A stretch of DNA of 64,000 bases, taken from positions 825-64,824 of the forward strand of contig CAZEJS010000001.1 of NCBI GenBank assembly GCA_964512645.1, in the 5' to 3' direction. The notes below the pieces were generated by a model. That model was given only the letters and a program-made list of their open reading frames with translations, did not search any database and was not told the DNA's origin. Origin of the DNA: an uncultured Acidimicrobiales bacterium (GTDB taxonomy: Bacteria > Actinomycetota > Geothermincolia > Fen-727 > Anoxymicrobiaceae). The first letter of the stretch is position 1, and each line of letters starts with the position of its first letter. The position numbers and the translations under genes are program-made. Of this stretch, positions 60,670-64,000 are shown in pieces.

Positions 60670-60724
60670 AAAAAAGGCCTTCCGTCCTCATGGGGACGAA
60701 AGGCACGCTTCCGTGGTACCACCC
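60670..60724 (-). promoter_or_regulatory. Leader element upstream of the DUF39 gene: T-box-like sequence (GGGUGGUACCACGG) immediately followed by an intrinsic terminator
   Basis: Minus strand: GAAGUGGGGUGGUACCACGGAAGCGUG-CCUUUCGUCC-CCAUGA-GGACGGAAGG-CC-UUUUUU. The stem is 10 bp with one G-U, U6 tract, about 100 nt before the GTG start. 12/13 match to the T-box consensus GGGUGGNACCGCG. A candidate TTGACA-17-TAGGTT promoter lies at 60997..61025. Confidence 0.4.
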
Positions 60725-61082
60725 CACTTCGCCCGCGCCTCGCGGCGCCGGGCCTCACCGGGTACGCCCCCACGTGCAGGGAATATACCCCGGCCCTGTT
60801 ACGGGGGCGTCCGCCCGGTTCTACTCGCCCGGCGGCGCCGGGTTTTCTTCCGGGAGCTCGGGGGCCATGTTCGAGGAGCGCCCGCGGCGCCGGCTCCCAC
60901 CGTCCCGGCTCGCTTCGGCCCGGCTTCCACCTCTACTCTTCCCCTTCAAAGCCTTTCACTGGTGTTCAGTTGTAAAGCGTCACTGCGTTCACCATGAACC
61001 TACCCATGCCCGGTGGATCTGTCAAGGAAAGCCCCGACAGCGCACGGAGGTAGGCGGGCCCGGCGGTCGAATTCCAGAACAG

Positions 61083-62621
61083 ATGAACGTCGAAAAAACA
61101 CCCGGCCCGATGGCGACAAGCGCGGTACTGGCATGCCTAGGGGTGGCTTCGGGTCTCCTCTACTGGACGCTGATCTCGATATCTCTGGACCCCGCGCTGG
61201 GCATTGTCCACGGAATGCGGGACGCGACCTGCACTGGCCCGCTCACCTGGCCGGCCAGCTTTCTCCGCGTCACCGGCACCGGGCCGGAGATGGCCCAGGC
61301 TGCCTATATCATTCTGATCGTCCTGCTGTCCGGCCTCTGGTACGCCGGCATCCACATCGTGAAGCGCGAGCGAGGCCACGCGGCCACGGCGGTGATCGCC
61401 TGCGGCTTCGCGGTCTTCGCTACGCTGCTGGTGCTGGCCCCGGTCTTCCAGTCGTCCGACATCTTCAACTACGTGTTCGGAGGCCGGGCGATGTCGGTCT
61501 ACCGCTCCAACCCCTATACGCTCCTCCCGTCCATGCGACCGCACGACCCGTTCTACGGGTTGATCGCCTGGAAAGACGCCGCAAGCGTCTACGGCCCTAT
61601 TTTCAGTTACCTCTCCTGCCTGCTCACCAGGATCGCCGGGAACAGCGTCACCGCCAACGTCATCTGTTTCAAGGTTATGGCGGCGCTGTCCTACGCGGCG
61701 TGTCTGCCCCTGGTCTACCACCTGGCGCGCAGGGTCTCTCCCGGACGTGAGAACCAGGCGCTGATGCTCGGCGCCTGGTGCCCGCTCCTGCTGCTGCACA
61801 TCCCCGGGGGAGCGCACAACGACATGTTGGCAGTCACGCTGGTCCTCGGGGGCTACCTGCTGTACCGGAAAGGCCACCTGCTGTGGGGCCTGGCGCTGGT
61901 GGCGCTGGCGCTGGACGTGAAGCTGACCGCGGGGCTCGCCCTGGTGCCGCTTCTCGTCCTGTACATCAGGGACAGGTGCGGCGTCCCGCTGAATAGACTG
62001 GCGCTCGGAAGCCTCACCTGCGCCGCGGCCGTCGCCGTCCCGTACGCGGGCCTGTGGCGGGGGAGCCGCACCTTCGAGAGCACCGGGAAGGTGGCTTCGC
62101 TGTACTCCGCCTCGTCTGTTCCCGACCTCTTCAGGCAGCCCCTGGAACGCCTGCTCACCGCGAAAGGCGTCTCCCCGGCGACGGCCGACACCATCGCGAG
62201 GGGCTCGATTCGCCTGGTCTTCCTCGTGGTCTTTCTCGTCGGAGCGTTCGTCCTGCTCCGCCGGGTCACCGACTTCGGCTCCATGGCCCGCGCCGCCGCC
62301 GCGCTGGCCCTGCTGTGGCTCCTCACATCGACTTACGTCCTTCCGTGGTACGCGACCCTCGGGGTAATGCTGGTGTCCTTCTCCGCCTGGAACCTCACCA
62401 CCGTCATGACGCTCGGCGCGGCGACGGTACTGCTGCTGTACAGGTTGCCGCTCAGCGGCGAACCCGGCGGTGGCGCGACACTCTATATCGCGCTCCCGCT
62501 CCTGCTGATTGCCGCGGGCTGGGCCCTGCTGGGCGCATTGACGCGCGCGACGCGCGCGCGAAGCGCCTTCAACGGTACCGATGGCCGGAGAATCGCCCCC
62601 TCCGCGCCGGGTGGCGGGTGA
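61083..62621 (+). CDS. Polytopic membrane glycosyltransferase-like protein (GT87 / DUF2029 mannosyltransferase-like)
   Basis: Tail of ORF 60690..62621, starting at ATG 61083 or 61110 (MATSAVLACLG...). About 12 TM helices, conserved-looking loop motifs (DIFNYVFGGRA, HNDMLAV). The preceding 130 codons of the ORF overlap the divergent leader and look non-coding. Confidence 0.6.
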   Translation: MNVEKTPGPMATSAVLACLGVASGLLYWTLISISLDPALGIVHGMRDATCTGPLTWPASFLRVTGTGPEMAQAAYIILIVLLSGLWYAGIHIVKRERGHAATAVIACGFAVFATLLVLAPVFQSSDIFNYVFGGRAMSVYRSNPYTLLPSMRPHDPFYGLIAWKDAASVYGPIFSYLSCLLTRIAGNSVTANVICFKVMAALSYAACLPLVYHLARRVSPGRENQALMLGAWCPLLLLHIPGGAHNDMLAVTLVLGGYLLYRKGHLLWGLALVALALDVKLTAGLALVPLLVLYIRDRCGVPLNRLALGSLTCAAAVAVPYAGLWRGSRTFESTGKVASLYSASSVPDLFRQPLERLLTAKGVSPATADTIARGSIRLVFLVVFLVGAFVLLRRVTDFGSMARAAAALALLWLLTSTYVLPWYATLGVMLVSFSAWNLTTVMTLGAATVLLLYRLPLSGEPGGGATLYIALPLLLIAAGWALLGALTRATRARSAFNGTDGRRIAPSAPGGG

Positions 62622-62695
62622 CACGCGCGGGCCGCAATCAGATATGATAACTGGGCGCCTGGTCGAACCCGGGGAATATGCAAGGAGGGCCGGTC

Positions 62696-63874
62696 ATGGG
62701 AATGGTCGAGTGGTTCGAGTTCCAGATTCCGGGAAAGGTGATCTGCGCGGAACACTGCGTCGACAGCATCGGCACGGAACTCGAGAAGGTCGGAGCGTCG
62801 AAGGTGCTCATCGTCACCGACCGGGGGGTCGAGGACGCCGGCCTCTGCGAAACGGTCAAAGAGGGGCTCGAGAGCGGGACGGCTCAGCTCGTCGGCACTT
62901 TCGCGGATGTGCCCCCGAACTCCGAGATTAAGGTGGTCCAGAACTGCTATGAGACCGCGAAGGAAGCGGGCGCGGACGCGCTCGTCTCGGTGGGCGGCGG
63001 CAGCGTCATCGACACCGCCAAGGGGACGACCATACTGATGGTCGAGGGCGGAGACCTGCTCGACCACCAGAGCGCGGTTTACACGCCGTCGGGCCCGATG
63101 CCGCCGCACATCGCGGTGCCGACAACGGCGGGAACCGGTTCTGAATCGACGTTCGCCGCGGTCATCGCCGACCACGAGCAGATGATGAAGCTCATCTTCC
63201 AGGGGCCCGAGCTGGCCCCCACCGTCGCCATGCTCGATCCGGTCATGACCAGGACCCTGCCTCCCGGGCTGTCCGCGTCCACCGGAATGGACGCGCTGAC
63301 CCACTGCGTTGAGGCGCTCCATTCGGAGATGCACGAGCCGATATGCGACGGGCTGGCCCTGCACGCCATAAGGCTCATCGCCGAGTACCTGCCGCGCGCC
63401 GTCAAGGACGGCGGCGACATGGAAGCGAGGACGATGATGCTGATCGCCGCCAACATGGGCGGTGTGGCGTTCGCCAACGCGTTCGTCGGGATAGTCCACG
63501 CGATGGCGCACTCGGTCGGCGGCAAGTTCGGGATACCTCACGGCGTTGCTAACGCCATACTCCTGCCTTACGGGATGGAGTTCAACCTCCGCTACGTCGA
63601 GGAGGGCGTCCCGGGCAAGTACAGGATGGTCGCGGAAGCCATGGGCATCGACGTCAGAGGTGACGACGACGAGGCCGCGGCGCGCAAGGCCATAGCCCGC
63701 CTCAAGGACCTGACCGCCGAGCTCGGCCTGCCCACCCGGCTGGGAGAGGTGGGACTTCCCGAGGACGGCCTGGAGGCGGTAACCGATGACGCGATGATCG
63801 ACGGTTCCATGTTCAACAACCCCGGGGAACCGGAGTTCGAAGAAGTGCTGGAGCTGTTCAAGCGGGCCCTCTAG
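62696..63874 (+). CDS. Iron-containing alcohol dehydrogenase
   Basis: ORF 62678..63874. ATG 62696 follows AGGAGGG. Fe-ADH motifs (GGGSVIDTAKG, metal-binding His cluster HAMAHSVGGKFGIPHGVANA). Confidence 0.85.
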   Translation: MGMVEWFEFQIPGKVICAEHCVDSIGTELEKVGASKVLIVTDRGVEDAGLCETVKEGLESGTAQLVGTFADVPPNSEIKVVQNCYETAKEAGADALVSVGGGSVIDTAKGTTILMVEGGDLLDHQSAVYTPSGPMPPHIAVPTTAGTGSESTFAAVIADHEQMMKLIFQGPELAPTVAMLDPVMTRTLPPGLSASTGMDALTHCVEALHSEMHEPICDGLALHAIRLIAEYLPRAVKDGGDMEARTMMLIAANMGGVAFANAFVGIVHAMAHSVGGKFGIPHGVANAILLPYGMEFNLRYVEEGVPGKYRMVAEAMGIDVRGDDDEAAARKAIARLKDLTAELGLPTRLGEVGLPEDGLEAVTDDAMIDGSMFNNPGEPEFEEVLELFKRAL

Positions 63875-64000
63875 GGAAACGCGCCGGAAGTACCCGGACC
63901 ACGGGCCGCCGACGGCTCGACAGTGGAGTGCCCGGCGGTCGGGGCTGTGTCGGTCTCTCGCGGGAGCGGTTGCCGGCGTTCGGAGGTGATGCTCTGTGAC

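Noticed and set aside
60609-60773. N-terminal 67 codons of the DUF39 ORF and the 130 N-terminal codons of ORF 60690..62621
   Set aside because: They overlap the non-coding leader between divergent genes and are low-complexity. Conserved family N-termini begin at GTG 60572 (strong SD) and ATG 61083, respectively.
61060-61075. GGTCGAATTCC resembling a tRNA T-loop (GGTTCGAATCC)
   Set aside because: No flanking acceptor/D/anticodon arm complementarity and the motif is imperfect. No tRNA could be folded in any intergenic region of the window.

Overview
This 64 kb window is high-GC (about 65-70%), almost gene-saturated, and entirely anaerobic-autotroph in character. No rRNA, tRNA, CRISPR or mobile element was recognised.

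On the minus strand (1-31.7 kb) lies a secreted tandem-repeat protein running off the window edge, then a 15-gene branched-chain amino-acid/serine biosynthesis supercluster: leuC2-leuD2-idh-like, ilvD-ilvB-ilvN-ilvC, serC-serA, leuA-leuC-leuD-leuB, ilvE-cimA. Behind it are a FAH-family gene, a membrane protein and a stand-alone E2 catalytic-domain gene. A lone gcvH on the plus strand is followed by gatCAB-ligA-lepB and a COG2122-like gene on the minus strand.

The plus-strand block 32.0-38.6 kb encodes a NuoE-like/NuoF-like/formate dehydrogenase module plus an MvhD-ferredoxin fusion. The formate dehydrogenase contains an in-frame UGA that is most likely selenocysteine, with a SECIS-like hairpin just downstream. 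The six-frame track splits this gene into two ORFs.

This block converges on a 17.5 kb minus-strand Wood-Ljungdahl operon: fhs, RACo-like activase, cooC, fchA, folD, acsD, acsA, acsB, acsC, metV, metF, a core-MetE-like methyltransferase, lipA, acsE. lpdA lies divergently upstream of fhs. Downstream are a hydrolase and a NIL-ferredoxin + DUF39 pair (sulfide-dependent homocysteine synthesis) preceded by a leader carrying a T-box-like sequence and an intrinsic terminator. A GT87-like membrane protein and an Fe-alcohol dehydrogenase close the window.

The most interesting signal is the physical linkage of methyl-branch carbon fixation with methionine synthesis: core-MetE and lipA embedded between metF and acsE, with DUF39/NIL-Fd nearby. 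Other signals are a second LeuCD/IDH-like set heading the BCAA cluster alongside cimA, and structured candidate riboswitch leaders upstream of fhs and DUF39.

The ORF track counts GTG/TTG as starts, so several reported starts were re-chosen; they remain approximate. Coordinates of small RNA motifs may be off by 1-2 nt.
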